Assembly: GCA_040143965.1 (NCBI GenBank)
Contig: JASJQH010000004.1
Coordinates: forward strand, 1 to 64,000
Length of the DNA: 64,000 nucleotides
Source: Basidiobolus ranarum
Lineage: Eukaryota
Direction: 5' to 3'
Positions 11,090 to 25,100 of this stretch are shown here, piece by piece (position 1 is the first letter of the stretch; each line of letters begins with the position of its first letter). The notes under the pieces were generated by a model that was given only the letters and a program-made list of their open reading frames with translations, was not told the origin of the DNA and made no database searches. Position numbers and translations under genes: made by a program.

Positions 11090-14000
11090 CTATTTAAATC
11101 TGAAACACATGAATTGAGTTGATGTAGCTGCTCTAGTAGACTCCAATAACCTCTTTACATTCTCCACTTGTTCTTTTGATAAATCACGTTTACCATTACC
11201 ACCGGTATTTCTATTGGCCTCTTCCAAAGTGGTGTAGATCAATTTAAACGTTTCCGAAGCGGTGGTCGTGAAATAGGCAGCTAAGATTTGATTGAAGAAC
11301 TCCACTTCTAATGTCGCTTGCAAGAATCCACCTGCACCCACTTTATCCAGCTCACGGAATGATTTTAGCAAGCATTGCCCTAAATTGACTAGTAATTTCG
11401 ATAAAGCACGTGAGATGAGTTTCTTCGAAATGGAGTTGATCTCCGAGTGAGCTAGCACAATCTGCAGTAATGCTTCAAATACGTAGGGCCGTATAAAAGT
11501 AGGTTCATTCGGTGTATTCCAATCAAAGCCACTGAACAAAATCCCCGATTTGATGATTTCGTTGATTGGGGCGCCAATTCGTTTTAAATATTCTTCAAAG
11601 AGAGAGGAATCCAAACTGTCCACTAAATCAACCAATTTCTACAGGGAAATGGATAAATGAAATTGTGCTTGACATGGGGAGTGAAACGGCGCACATACCT
11701 GAACTATATCTGAGGTATTTCCCTTGAACGAAAGCTCAAATACTCTGGTCAGCTCCAGGATAATCATGGCTCGGAACTCACCCAATGTCTCTAGTGTGTG
11801 GAGTATAACAACGTTCTACGATCGTTTAAATATGGTGTTAAATAAAAAAACATGTTAAGTAGGAGCCTACCATGGATACTTTCTCGGGAGTACTCTCTAG
11901 AGTAGACGCTCCTTGATTGTCTTGACCAAACACTGCATGATTCAATGCGTCTAAGAAAGAGCACATTGTTTCGTAGAACGCTTGCTTGATGTGCTCATAA
12001 ACCTTTGATGACATCTAGTGTCGAATACATCGATCAGTTTCAACGGAGTCTCTATGGTATGAATGAGTGAGCCTTACCTGAGTGCCTCCACTTTCGTCGA
12101 TGTTCTCAGTATCCACAATGGAGCTTAGCGTGTGGATAGCATATCTCTGGAATTGAGTGAAGTCCTTCAATGAAGTCTTGCTTGAAGAATGGCGATGAAC
12201 CTCTGACAAGAAGAATTGCTTACAATCTAGTGCAAGTATGTTAGAAGTGTTGAGCTGAACTGAGGTTATGGATGGTACCAACCGTCTTTCCAACAATGAC
12301 AAAAGTAAGCGACAAAGTTCCATTTCACCATCTTGAGCAAATCGGCCAACTCGTTAGCAACTTGTCCGGCCATGGCCATTGCATTTAGCTCATTAGAGAA
12401 GGTGGTGAGATGGGTGATGATTTGGGTAAGGAAATAGCCGGTTAAGTAGGTATGAGTAGAAGGCAATTTGATTGGCATGCTGGCTTCGGAGGGAGAAACT
12501 CGGAAAGGGTTCTCCGGCGATTGATCAACAAAAAAGTCGGTATCAATAGAGAACACCTTGGATATCAAGCAAGCATAAAGCGTGAGGATTTGGTTGGCCA
12601 TTTCATGGCATTGCTCAACCTTTTGGATATTAACACCGTTGCGACGTCTGCGCAATTGATTCCATATGTTTCCGTTCTACATAGTAGAGTGGAGATGTAG
12701 TGAGGTGTAGAAGAGTCAGGTACATAACAACTTACCTTCTTAAACTTGTCATCGATAAACGATCTGGCAATTTTCCAATAATCTGGTAACGATTTGAGCA
12801 CCACATCAGACAAGGCTTTGACTACGTTAGCAATACCAAGCCAAATGCGAACACTATTATCCACTCCTATAAAGGTAAATGAACTTAACATGAGCCTACT
12901 CGAGACCAATATATCCGACTACTTACCAGAAACGCCTTCACCGCCTTTAGATTCGATGGCCTTTCGGAGCAAGGCCATTCTCTGAGCGGGGGTAATCTCT
13001 ATCTCAGTGAGATCTGCAAAGCAATGTGTTATCCCCGAGCACTATTGCACGCTGTTTAATAAAGTCACCTTACCATTTAGTTTTCGGCATTCTTCCTCGA
13101 AAGTGGTGTTTAAGCTTTGGACAATGAATTTGAATTGGCTTTCAAGATAAAACCAAACAGGGTCTATTTTGGAGTCCAACTCGAGTAAATAGCTGTCCCA
13201 TAGAAGTTGTTAGTAACGTGCAAATGAACCACCATAAACGCAACCAATCGTACATAATATTCTTCTCTTGTACCTCCATAGGTACGCTAGTATCCCCAAG
13301 TTGCTTGAATAAGTTTGTTCTCAGATGCATGACGATATCCTCGACCTCCTTCCAAACTTTATCCAAAAGTCGTTTGATGGACGCATCCTCAAATTCTGCC
13401 ACTGCATCTGTTGCTTTGTCGGTCGCTGCATGCTCTTGATTCTCTGGGTCGAAAACTGCGTTGGTGAATGATTGCATCGCCACCTTTCCTTTCTTATAAT
13501 CGTAGACGGCAACTTCGAATTTTTTCTAGCGAAAAGATCAACAATCTGACCATACAATAACCAATAGAATAGAAGCTACGAACCTCCTCGATAGACTCAA
13601 GTAGATTGCAAGGAAGATTGAATAACAACCGATAACGATCAATGGCCGTCAGCGTGCTTCGGATTTTGAGTCCCTTTTGAATGCGTTGCATGATGGGACC
13701 AAATGCTTCATGAGCCTTGTCGGTGGTTTCTAATCCCGGTACAAAGGTAGAGACTAAATTAAGGAGCCACTTCAAATCAAAACCAGACAGTCTTACCTTC
13801 GAGACACTGACGCGTTACTTTGGTTCCATACTCCTCCTTTTCGTTTAAATTCTTGGATTTCATTTCCGTGTAGACAACTAATTTCAACGCCAATTTAGCT
13901 CTGCTTTCTTCCCTGGCAGTATAAAAACGATCAAAAAGTTCCTACCTTCCACTGTATTCTTGGCGCAAACAAAACGATCGAAATTGTCTTTGACCAGTGT

Positions 14001-14650
14001 CTTGAGTGCCTCAGAGCGTTGCTCAATCGTTGCACGTAAATGATACTTTCCGTGAACTAGCTCTGTGTAAGTAGTATCCAAGTGGAACTGTTTCATAAAC
14101 AACGTCGGATCGAAATATCGGTCGGTAATGAACACTGAAGCTCTTCCTAGAGTAAGGGAAGGGATAGGAAATAAATTACACTATGTATCAGTAAGGTATT
14201 GTTAGAAAGGTCATTGTTACCTCTTGATTCTCTAAGTAAACTTTCTCCTCTAGATAATCTCTTTTCACCCATGAGACTTCTACAAAGCCAATATTCTTAG
14301 TGAAGAGCATATGGAACTGAATTTAACAAAATAGAACAACCTTAGATTCCCTTCTTTTAAACCTAAAGGGTCTCCTTCATCTTCTAACAACTCCTCCTCC
14401 TCGACCTCCGGTTTAGAAGTTCTAGCGTATGCAAAATTTGGAACCGCCGACCAGGCGAATTCTTCGATGTCAAGCTCAGGTGTATCTGTTTCAACCCAAG
14501 AGTTTGGTTGTAAAGTGTCCAAACTGTAGTGACGTAATACTTGAACGAGATAATAAAGGTTAATTTCAGGGTGAGAGCAGAGTCTATTAAACAAAGAAAA
14601 AGAAAATAATTCGTACACTCTTCTTCGTCGAACCGTTTAAAGTAGCTCAT
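11090..14650 (-). CDS. SEC5: Exocyst complex component Sec5/EXOC2 (multi-exon)
   Basis: Start MSYFKRFDEEE; DPLG motif; FDPTLFMKQFHLDTTYTELVHG...LKTLVKDNFDRFVCAK; RYRLLFNLP; IRPYVFEALLQIVLAHSE; GGFLQATLEVEF; C-terminal TSTQFMCF. Confidence 0.92.
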
Positions 14651-15221
14651 TGGGCTGACTGATTTCAAGATGAGTCCGATAGGTCTCACAAAGTGAGTAG
14701 TTTTTATTAATCAAGTGGGCAGAAAAACTCTCGGTGTTTTCGTAGTATGGCTTCACCGATACTTATTGTAACGAATAGTGATGTAGTTGGTTAAGATTTA
14801 GAAATAGAAACTACGAATATTATTTAAAGGTGAAGTTTAGAAAGTCTCATTTAGTATAAATATTAGCACTTCATCGCATAAATTACGATTGAAATTATGA
14901 ATGTTTACTTGGGTATTTCATATGGTAACTGCGTGAAATTGAACTCATCTCCATTCATCGAGGAGCTTCATGTGATTCTATTCAGTTCATAAGGTTTATA
15001 TAGGTGTGACTGATATGAATTTCAAATCGTAGTCCTAACAATAATCCATACTAAAAGAAAGCGCTACTTTGTGGATACGTGCTATTTTTAATGAACCATT
15101 CTAAATATATGTATATAAGTTCAAATAGCAAACAGTACAATATCTCGAATACACATCATTGCTTAAGGAACGTATGATAAAATCCAAGTTAAATATGAAG
15201 AAATTTATCAAATTCGCTATT

Positions 15222-15864
15222 TCAAAAAGGTAAAATTGGGTTGAGTTTTAAACCATTCTCGAGTTCTCTTTTCTTCTTTAAAGCTTTTTGTTTGCGATTC
15301 TTTAATTCATTTAATAGTTCTAACGAAAGAGTACAATTGTTCAGTATTTATTCAGAAAGATGAATGGAAATTTTTCTCTCTCTTCCTACCATATTGTGGA
15401 TATATATATATAATAGGAAATGGAAAGAAACTTACCTTCTTTTTTATCGGAGGTACGGTAACGAAGTAAAAATTCTTGAAAACCAACTAAGGGGGTTTCC
15501 AGTTCCTAAGCAATTCCCATTGTTATAAAGGGAGTTTTCAACAAAGAAACAAACAATTTGAACTACCTTTTGAAGGATTTTCAGCGTTGTTTGTCTACGT
15601 TCAAGTAAATCCTCCAAGTTCTTTATGGAACTTTGTAAACTCTCAGAGTGAGAAAATTGGTTTCTCAAGTGTGTTACAAGCAAATCTAATCTATATTTCA
15701 AATGAATCCTAGAGTTGACAATGCTTAATACAAAAACACCAAACCATAAAAGGCCACACACAATGTACTAACAATTCCTCACTAGTTACTGAATATTCAG
15801 TTTCTGATGAAAAGGCTGTATGCATTCCAGCTAATGTATCCTCCAAATACTTGGCGTCTTCCAT
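15222..15864 (-). CDS. Small four-exon coiled-coil protein of unknown function (~133 aa)
   Basis: Manual splicing with GTTAGT/GTAGTT/GTAAGT donors and TAG acceptors gives one continuous frame: MEDAKYLEDTLAGMHTAFSSETEYSVTSEEL/IHLKYRLDLLVTHLRNQ...KILQK/ELETPLVGFQEFLLRYRTSDKKE/ELLNELKNRKQKALKKKRELENGLKLNPILPF*. Confidence 0.55.
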
Positions 15865-16164
15865 TATTGCGGTTGGACCCAGAATGTATCTGAACACTCG
15901 TTTGAAAGAATTTAATTTTAAATGCTTAAGCAAGCAATCACAATCATGTGATGCATGGATATCATTAAAGTGTTTATTAAATCGAATGAATTTATCAGAA
16001 ATAGATGGTAAAATAAGTAAATGGATTTCACGAAAGAAAGGCGACAAAGTAGCGATAAGTAATATTTACAGGAAAGAGCATCTCGAAAAGGTAGAGAGGA
16101 TCAAGTCTTACTCGAAAGAATGAAGGTTATTACTCCCAAATTTTCAAGGTGACTTTTGAATTGC

Positions 16165-19100
16165 TCACTTTTTGGGCGGAGGCTGTTGCTGTTGCTGAGC
16201 ATACGCTCCACTATGGTGTGGAAACATGCCAGGCATACTCATAGGTGCCATAGTATTTGAATATGTAGGATTTTGGTTACCCGGAGTAGAGGTCATGGGG
16301 TGGAAAATCTGTGAAGACGTGGATGGTGATTGCATTGACATGTGAGGGTGACGAGGGTATCCAGTTCCAACGGGAACCACTGGTGACTGTGGTCTACGAC
16401 CATATTGGCTCACATCCATAACAGAGGGGGAAGTTGTACGTCGATAGTGGCTTGCGTCTATGGTAGCGGGCGATGCGGTACGGCGAATTTGAACTCCATC
16501 TAAAACAGCCGGCGAAGTGGTTCTGTACCCGGATTGATCTAAGATCGCAGGCGATCCTGTTCTGTAAGGGGTGTTGTCAAGTATAGACGAGGAGTCCCGG
16601 TGTAAAGATCTAGATTGCTGAGGTTGAGGCTGTTGATATTTTGGAAGTGAAACGGGTGGGTACACGAAGGAAGAATTGTTGTTAATATTTTGACCGACAG
16701 GCGTTGAGCTACGGTGAGGTGGCTGAATGTTTTCACCATAGCGTGGTCCTAAGGAGCTTTCTCGGGCATCATAAGTATGCTGACTAGAAGAGATTTGTGG
16801 AGATTGTCGATACATAGATTGATGGCCAACATTCGAATGTGGTAGTGAATCAGCTGAAAGATTTGGCGATGGTGCAGAGGAGTGATATCCTTCCTGAGAA
16901 TGAGGAGCTCGGTGACCATGTTGGAAATTCACCGCTCCTTCCACAATGTCGGATCCAGAATAAGTCTGATGCTGATTTGACCTGGTTTGTGGATAGTTGA
17001 GATGATCAGAAGTAAAAGGAGACTGATGAGGGCTATTAGAGACTGCTTCTCTTGTATTTTGCGAGAATATAGGTTGGCTTAGGTCTCTTGTACGGCCAGT
17101 AGACACTGGGGTAGAATGGCGAATTGGTTGATTAAGCGGTTGAGATGAATGAGAGGAAAGTTGTACTGGTAAAGATTGTAGTTGTGAAGGGTTTGAGGGT
17201 TTACGTGAGTGGCTAATCGGTACGGGTTGAAGGGGGCTTGATGTCCGACGAGGTAGAGCTTGATGAGGTGAAGGGAGGCTCATAGCCGGTGACTGAGAAC
17301 GAGAATAAACATTAGTTTGTTGGGGCATTCCGGGAGAAGGTTGAATTGATGGGTGACTTGGACGTTGATGAGGGATGGGTGCATGATAACTAGATTGGTG
17401 AGAAGACTGCTGGTGTAGAGATGGGTGAGGGTATTGTGTTTGACGTGCTGAGTTATCCACAGATGGGATATGCACCTGAGAAGGATGTTGTATTGGTGAC
17501 TGAGATAGAATTCGGGAGTGAGATGGTTGTATTTGTGACTGTGGTTGTAGCTGAGGTTGGACGAGCGCACGCGGCTTTGATTGAGTCTGCCTTCCTTTGG
17601 TAGAAGTTCGAGAAGTTTGTGGAATCGAATTTTGGTTTACTAGCTGTGCAATAGGTACTTGAGAATGTGATGAAGTCTGAGAAGGAATTTGGCTTAACGA
17701 AGCTTGGCGTGCAAGTTGCCCGTGATTTTGAGGTTGAGAAATTAACTGGCTTTGGCTACCAGCTCGGCGACGAGATTTACCAGCAGCTTGCGGTTGTACC
17801 GTTGCGGTTTGAGTGCCTGATTGTGATGTATTCAATCCTACTGGAGGTGATTGCAGCTGAAGAAGTTGAACTTGCGGTTGGGTCGATGGATTGCTTTGAA
17901 GGTGTACAGGTTGAGATGTGGTAGCTTGCTGTCTCATCATCTGTATAGGATCCGCACTGGAACCATGGATACTTTCGATCGATCTGCGATTCAAGTTCGT
18001 ACCAGGATTCACTTCGGGTGCCGCCATAGAATAGGTTGGCGGTTGAGTCTTATACGATGTAGAGTAAAGATCTTGCATATAGGAATAAGAGTTGCTGGGA
18101 GTTGTAGACTGACTTTGGCTAGTAACAGGATTTGCGTTGAATTGAGATTGAATGTGACTATTCTTGGATTCAATCACATTTGGTGAATTGAACTGCTCCG
18201 GTGATGAGACTGGTCCAGCATCCTCTCCAAACCAATCCATTAACGCGTTCTTACCTACTTTGACAGTTTTGGGCTCATCTTCAGTAGGTGCATTCAGTAA
18301 GGAAAAGATATCTGTTACGCCTCTGGCTCGTGGAGGAGCAGGTTTTGGAGCGGCAGGTCGAGTTTCTTGTCGATCGACATCGAAGTATGCTGATTCTATT
18401 TTTGAACTCATTGAAGACGTAGAGTACTCTGATCTAGTCGGAGATATTACAGGAGCTTCCACAGAAGCAGGATGATTGAGAATCCTGGAAACCGAGGATT
18501 GTTTCTTATATTCTTGTGGGAAATCACTACGATAATACTCCGATCGATTTTGAGACATCGACGTACTCACCGAGGGAGTTGGCATTTGGGTACTAGGATA
18601 TGTATAGCCAGGTGGTGCTTGATCACTGGGGGTAGCTTGGTATGTAAGATTGGGTAAAGCAGATCCTTGTTTGGTTGGCCCCATTTTCTCGCTGTTCATT
18701 GAAGTAATGTGAGAAGCCGATGAGTTTGTTGTGTTCGGTACATATCTAGTTAAAGGTATGGTAGGTTGGGCCTCTATTCTACGAGATGATTCAGAAGTAC
18801 TTGGTGGAATACTTCCTAACAACGGATTCTCATGAGGGTAATGCAATGTGGGCTTGACCGAACTTTGACTATATGCAATAGTTGGTCCAGTTGAACTAGT
18901 TGCAGGTGGATAATTGCTAGAAGCTGATGATACAAGAGGCTGTGCTCTGGTATCTACAAATTTCGTATTGTTACTTGGTTGAGGATTGATAACACTAGAT
19001 TGATGAGCAAAGTTTGGATGGTTCGTCATACTATATTGCTGCCGGGATTGCTGAACGCCTACACTATCAGATGTGAGACCAGTTTGATGAATAGTAGAGC

Positions 19101-22100
19101 CTTCTTTGCTTGCTACGGTCGTTCTGAATGCCCCCATAGGTTGAACAGATGTTGTTAAAGCATTCTCACTAGCACTACTAATCTCCCATGATTTTTTACG
19201 ACTCTCCAGTAAAGTATCATTTGTTGGTGTTGACGTGATCGGAGAAGACGAAACTTGAGTTGATGAAGACTCCATAATCTGCTGTGTCACCGATTCACCA
19301 TACTTCCTAGAGGCAGAAAATTGACTTGAAGGATCCTTGTTCACTTGATTTCCAGACAGTGGTGCGAATGAATTGTTCACAAGAGAATGATGGGAAAGGG
19401 TTTTCCCGAAATATGAATCAAATCCAGATGGCTCGACAGCCTTTTCATAAGCTGGCGATGTTTCAGTAGAAACAGTATTATTTATACTATTCATGGCGTC
19501 CACATTAGAGGTCGGGTATTTGCCTTGAGGGTGGGAAAGGCTAGGATTCGATGCACGTGACTGCGGAGTCGTATTCCTAGTTGAAGTAGTTACATTCACC
19601 GATGGAGAGTTCGAGAGAACTGTGGTTGATTGTTGTGAAGAAACGCTGAATGGTTGATATGCAGGTTCAGATGGTGTAGGAGCGCCTTTGTTGATCAATA
19701 ATTCACCTTTATCCGACGTAGATCTAATAACTGAAGGCTGATTAAAGATCTGTCCCGAAGGAATCACACCATATGGCAGAGTTGTTGGGATTGTTTTAAC
19801 TCTGGAGCTATCTTCATTGATGGACGGAGATCTAGAAGCCTGAGTAGTCATAAAAGCAATTGAGGTCGAACCGCTCTTAGATTGGACAGGGATAGGTCCG
19901 TCATTAACTGTAGGTATAATTGATGGAGCAGTGGTAGGTACATCTCGATTATTCGGAAGACTTGAATTGGTATTTGATGCAAGGGTCTGTTGTGAAAGTA
20001 TATTGATCGGATTTCCGGATATATTCTTATCTAGTAGGCCATCTGGTATGAATTCTTTCTTGGGATTTACTTGAGCAACAGCGTCAGGGTTCATTACCTT
20101 CGTCGTAGTCATATTTGAAGATTCATCTGAACTCTCTTGTACATTTCCGGTATATGTAGGAGATTTAGCTCTAGTCCCAACAATAGGCAAAGGCAAGTTC
20201 GCTGCTGTTTCTAAGCTTTCCTGAGCAATTGACTGAGAATGAGACACATTTGAAGTTACATCCTGTGGTTTCGAAGAATCACTGCATACAGTAGAAACTC
20301 TAATCTCCTCATCGACAACAGCAGAGGCATCGGAATTGGGTTGAGAAGTAGGATATGCACTATGCGCCTTCTTTTCCACATCTTCGTCAGAAGAGCTCTT
20401 GGTTAAAGCATTGGGTTGGTTATAAAGAGAAGAAACATCTTCAGATCCTTCCAGCAATTGCGAATTGACCGTTGAATGAAGTGCAGAATCAAGGACTGAA
20501 GACGAACTAACATCGGTCGCTTCTTCTTGCGGCAATTTGCTCGTATTTTCTTCAAATTCCCTCACCAATTCTTCTAATGACAATCGATCAATATTACTAG
20601 AATAATATTCTTCAATATCAGATGGCTTCTTGGATTTGACACGCTCGGCAATTCTGATCCAATCCTTCCCGTATAATCGAAGGCATTCAACGAATTCAGC
20701 TTGCTCAAAAGTAGACCAGCTATCTAATACTGTTGACATAGCAGCTTCAGATATAGGCTTAGTCTCTGAGCTCGTTTCGTCTTCATCATCCGTAGAAGAT
20801 GCTGATAAAAGTGCTCTATTAATTTCCTCCTCTAACAAAGCATCATCTTCATCAACAGTTTCGGAAGTCTCTCTTTTCCGATCTAATAATTCCTCTTCAT
20901 CAGAGCTAGGAATATCTAGTGAAAGATCAAAGTCTTCCACTAAGGGCTGAGAAGCGGTGACACTTGGAGTACGATCGGGCTCCATCAACTTGTTACTTTC
21001 GTTTATAGAACTAGGAGAAAGAGATATACTAATAGATCCTTCAACAGGTTTGCTCTCACTTTGATCAGTAGCGCTGGGCGGAGGTACAATAAAAGCTGTT
21101 CCTTCCTCCTCAACAATAGTTTCTTCTTCATCTGAACTGTCTTTGTCAAGTATATCCTCAATGGCGGCGTTAAGCTCATCAACAATATCCATCTCGTCCT
21201 GTGAAGAAGACTCCTCTTTCTCTGCGGGAAGTGATTCCGTTTTCTTTTCCGGAAGTTTCTTCTTATCTTGAAAGGATAATCCTTCCTTTTCCGTAGGACG
21301 CGACTCTCTCTTCTCTTGTGAAAACAACTTCTCTTTTTCTAGAGGGGGTGGTCTCTCCTTCTCCATGAGGAGAGATTCCTTCCTTCTCTGTGGAGGCAGC
21401 TCATTCTTTTCCTGAGAAGGAACTCCTTTCTTTTCTTGTGAAGGTAGCATTCTTCTTTCTTGTGCAGAGAATAGTTTTTTCTGTTGAGATGGCAATCCTT
21501 TTTTTTCTTGATGAAGTTCTTTCCTTTCTTGAGACGATAGTACTCTTTTCTCTTGAACAGGCAATGTCTTTTTTTGCGACGGTGATCCTTTCTTGTCTTC
21601 AAGAGTTTTGGCTCTATACCCAGCTTCCTTTTCATTCTGGACAAATTTTCCGCTTAGAGCTTTGACAGGAATAGGCTTCGTAGACATATTTCGATTAAAG
21701 CCAGATTTGACAACCCCTGGCTTTCCAATAATAGGCTTACTAGGCTTAATAAATAACTTCCCTACAGCACTCTCATTATGAGGTTGATGCGATTTGATAC
21801 CAAAAGGCTTATGAGGAGTAGGTCTAATAGATGAACTGTCTGAACCAGTTGGTTTTGCCATAAAAGATTTCCCAATAGTAGACTCAGCCTTGCCTGAAGC
21901 AGGTTTGGTACTTTGAGATTTGGCAGGTGTAAACCGAGTAGTATTTCCCTCATCTGCCATGGCCTTTTCAAATGGAGATTTGGTGTGAACGGTAGTACTA
22001 AGCGCAGTTTTCGTGTGATCCAAGTTTTCTTCGTTAGTACCTGATTTGCCAACTACCAAATCCAAACGTGAGTCGTTATCGTTATTCTGTTCATTTACTA

Positions 22101-25100
22101 CCATATTTTTGATAGAAACATTCTCCACAAGTACATTTGAGCTTTCTTTGGGTAATTTTTGATCATTTTGATTGCTGTTCTTCATGCTAGAAGTGTCCTC
22201 AGGTAAAAGACTCACAGGAGCAGCGGAATCAATAGGACAATGTACATTAGGTTCTTGATTCTTTGGTAGCATTCTGGTATTCAAATGTTTAACCGAAGGC
22301 TCGGTGGCAGTAGGCTCAGATTGAGAGGTCTCGACAAGATCTTCATCTACTTGGAGAGGCTTGTTATACACTTCCTCATTGGATTTTAAATCAGGAAGAT
22401 TAACTTCTGAGCTCTTGGTAGCCTCATCAGATTTTGGTGGATTATCGTTCTCTCTGGATTGTTGAGTACCATCAGTAACAGCGCCTGAATCAGATTTTGC
22501 AGGTTGAGTGCTTGGCTTCTCAATTGTAGCCTCCAAAAACTGTTGTTTTGAATCAAGTGAAGTATTTGGGCTGCTTCCTTTCCGAGTATGGAGAGAAGGT
22601 TGAGTAGCGATATGTGTAACCAACCCTGAATCCATTGGGCTTTCGCTCCCTTCAGCTATTTTGAGTTTCCCTAATCGATGCTTAGTTGGGGCAGACTCTG
22701 TAGGCTTCACACTGCTATTGAGGGAAGAGTCATGGACATGATCCAATCGTTTTTTCTTTTTAAACGTTGGCAGAGTATCAGGAAGATCTCCTACTTCTTC
22801 AGAGTTTTGGGATCTTGAAGCAGCATCAATATCCTGAAGCAATGCATTACCTTTACTCTTATTACTTCTAGAAGTACTAGATTTGCTGATATCCTTTCGT
22901 GCCAGTTGTCTTCGCTTCTTACCACGACCAGCAATTAACCCTTTGAAGTCGATCGACTTCTTCTCCCTGTAATAATATAGAACACATTGACGAGCATTCT
23001 TATTTTTCAGGAAAGTTGCAATTTTACCAAATTGCTTAGGGTACAGAAGGTATTTCTTAACGAAAATATCACGCTCTTCTTTCGTCCATTTATCTCCGGA
23101 GCCTCCACAATGGTAATGTATGTATGGATTTTCAATAAGATTATTACGGTTATCGTACTTCGTGAGTTCCCTTTTGCAAGGATCTAAAACCATCGGCGGT
23201 ATTGTAGCCACAGTTCTAAGGCATCGGACACTAGGATTGCGAAGGTCTTCGTTCTCAAGAGATTGAATAATTTCGAGCAGCTCCGCCTCACTTCGAACAG
23301 TATCACTATTGTATGGACCACCATGCCGTTGTGCTCGGGAAACAGAAAGATTGCTAGGACCGGAAGAAGATAACAGCTCATCTTTAAGATACCTTCTTCC
23401 CTTTTTCTTCTCTTTATGTCTATCCAATTTGACGATACGGACTTTCCATGCTTCCAGATACTGCTTATATTTTTGTCGGAGTTCATTTTCTTTTTGCTCA
23501 AGGGAATCATATTTATGACGCATATGATTGAACATCAAGCTTCGGATTTTCTTATGTGATTCAATGTTCTCGCAATAAAATGGATAGTCCTCAAACTTTC
23601 GAAAAATAGGGCCCAAAGAAGGTTTAACATTAGCTTGAACTAGCATCTGATTCTCTGCATATATTCTTTTGTGTAGAGAACATCTCCTGGATTTTTGAGC
23701 TTTCCCATTAGTAACTTCATTACTTTGGGTACCATTTAATTCGCCAACTGCATTTTCAGGGAGTTGGGTAATCATGAGCTCAGATTCTTGCTCGGTAATC
23801 TGGTTTTCTAGCAGGCTTTCGGGCTCGCTTGCTTTCTGTATTTCACTTGAACTGTTAGATCCCTCGATACAAGACTGCTTGTTCTTTCGAATCTCAACCA
23901 AAAGATCTTCGTAGCGCCCTATTTCTGAGTCTATTTTATCTATCATGGCGAATATTGTCTCTTGTGTTAAAGAGGCATCGAGGTTTAAGGGGGCCACTTC
24001 TGTTTCTGACTCATCTTGAATCTCTCCAGGCTCAATATTGGCATTTTCGATAAGTACTGAATCTTCTTCGATATCAGGAACTGATGTGTTCTCCACAGTA
24101 ATCTCTTTCGTGAGTGCATCAGGGATACTGGACTTTTGTGGCTCCGATGGAGTATTCTCATACTTTTCACCAATACTAGATGAATCCTCTAAATGCATTT
24201 CTTCGTCGATGTTATCCTTAGACTGACCAGAATACTCAGGAATCTCATTCTGAGTGGCTTCTACGTTCATACTACTACTAGATATCGTTTTGACCTTGAC
24301 ACATTTTGGATATTTGAGTTTATCCATATGAGTAGACACATCATACGATTCGGGGCTAACTGTCACGTTTGCTTCGGAAGATGACTTATCTAGCTCGAAG
24401 CTAGCCACCTTTTCATCATCGGAGTTATCATCCAATATCTCTCCAGTCTCACCTTGTACAGAGCTCATAACTTGAATCACTGGGACAGGTGGGGGATCGC
24501 TGATACGATTAGTATCTGACGACACTTTAGAGGGATACTCGGGCAAGTTGGCTGTGGATTTTTTGTGAGTTTCGTTAAGGATATTTCGAGCGGATTCCGT
24601 GGCTTCAATATCAATTTGAATATCGTTATTGAATGGCTTAGCACCGTTGGTATCCGATTTGACCTCGAGTGTAGTAACCACTTCAGCATTAGATATCTGA
24701 CAGTGACTTGCTTCTGAACGAGTCGATATTATATTTGTTTGCTTTATCTCGTTGTCAGAGAGAGTCGGGGTAAAAAGAGATTTATCACTCTGCAACTCAT
24801 TACATACAGGATCTATTTCACCTGGCTCTGGAGATTCAATAGGTTCGTCAAGGATTTTGGGAGTAGATAAAGTTGATGTTTGGTCATTGGTTATTTCCTT
24901 TTGCTCGTCAATTACAGAAACTCCATGAGGTCTGAAATCCTTGTGTACTGAGGCTTCGGCAACAGTCGGAGATCTGGCATTGTTGTTTTCACTCTTAACA
25001 CTACGTTTGGCCTCGTCAAGGAGATTAGACTTGGCAACAGACGGTGATTTAATCTTCGGTTTCTGTTTTAATTCTAATGTCTCCTCTCTACTCAGGTTCA

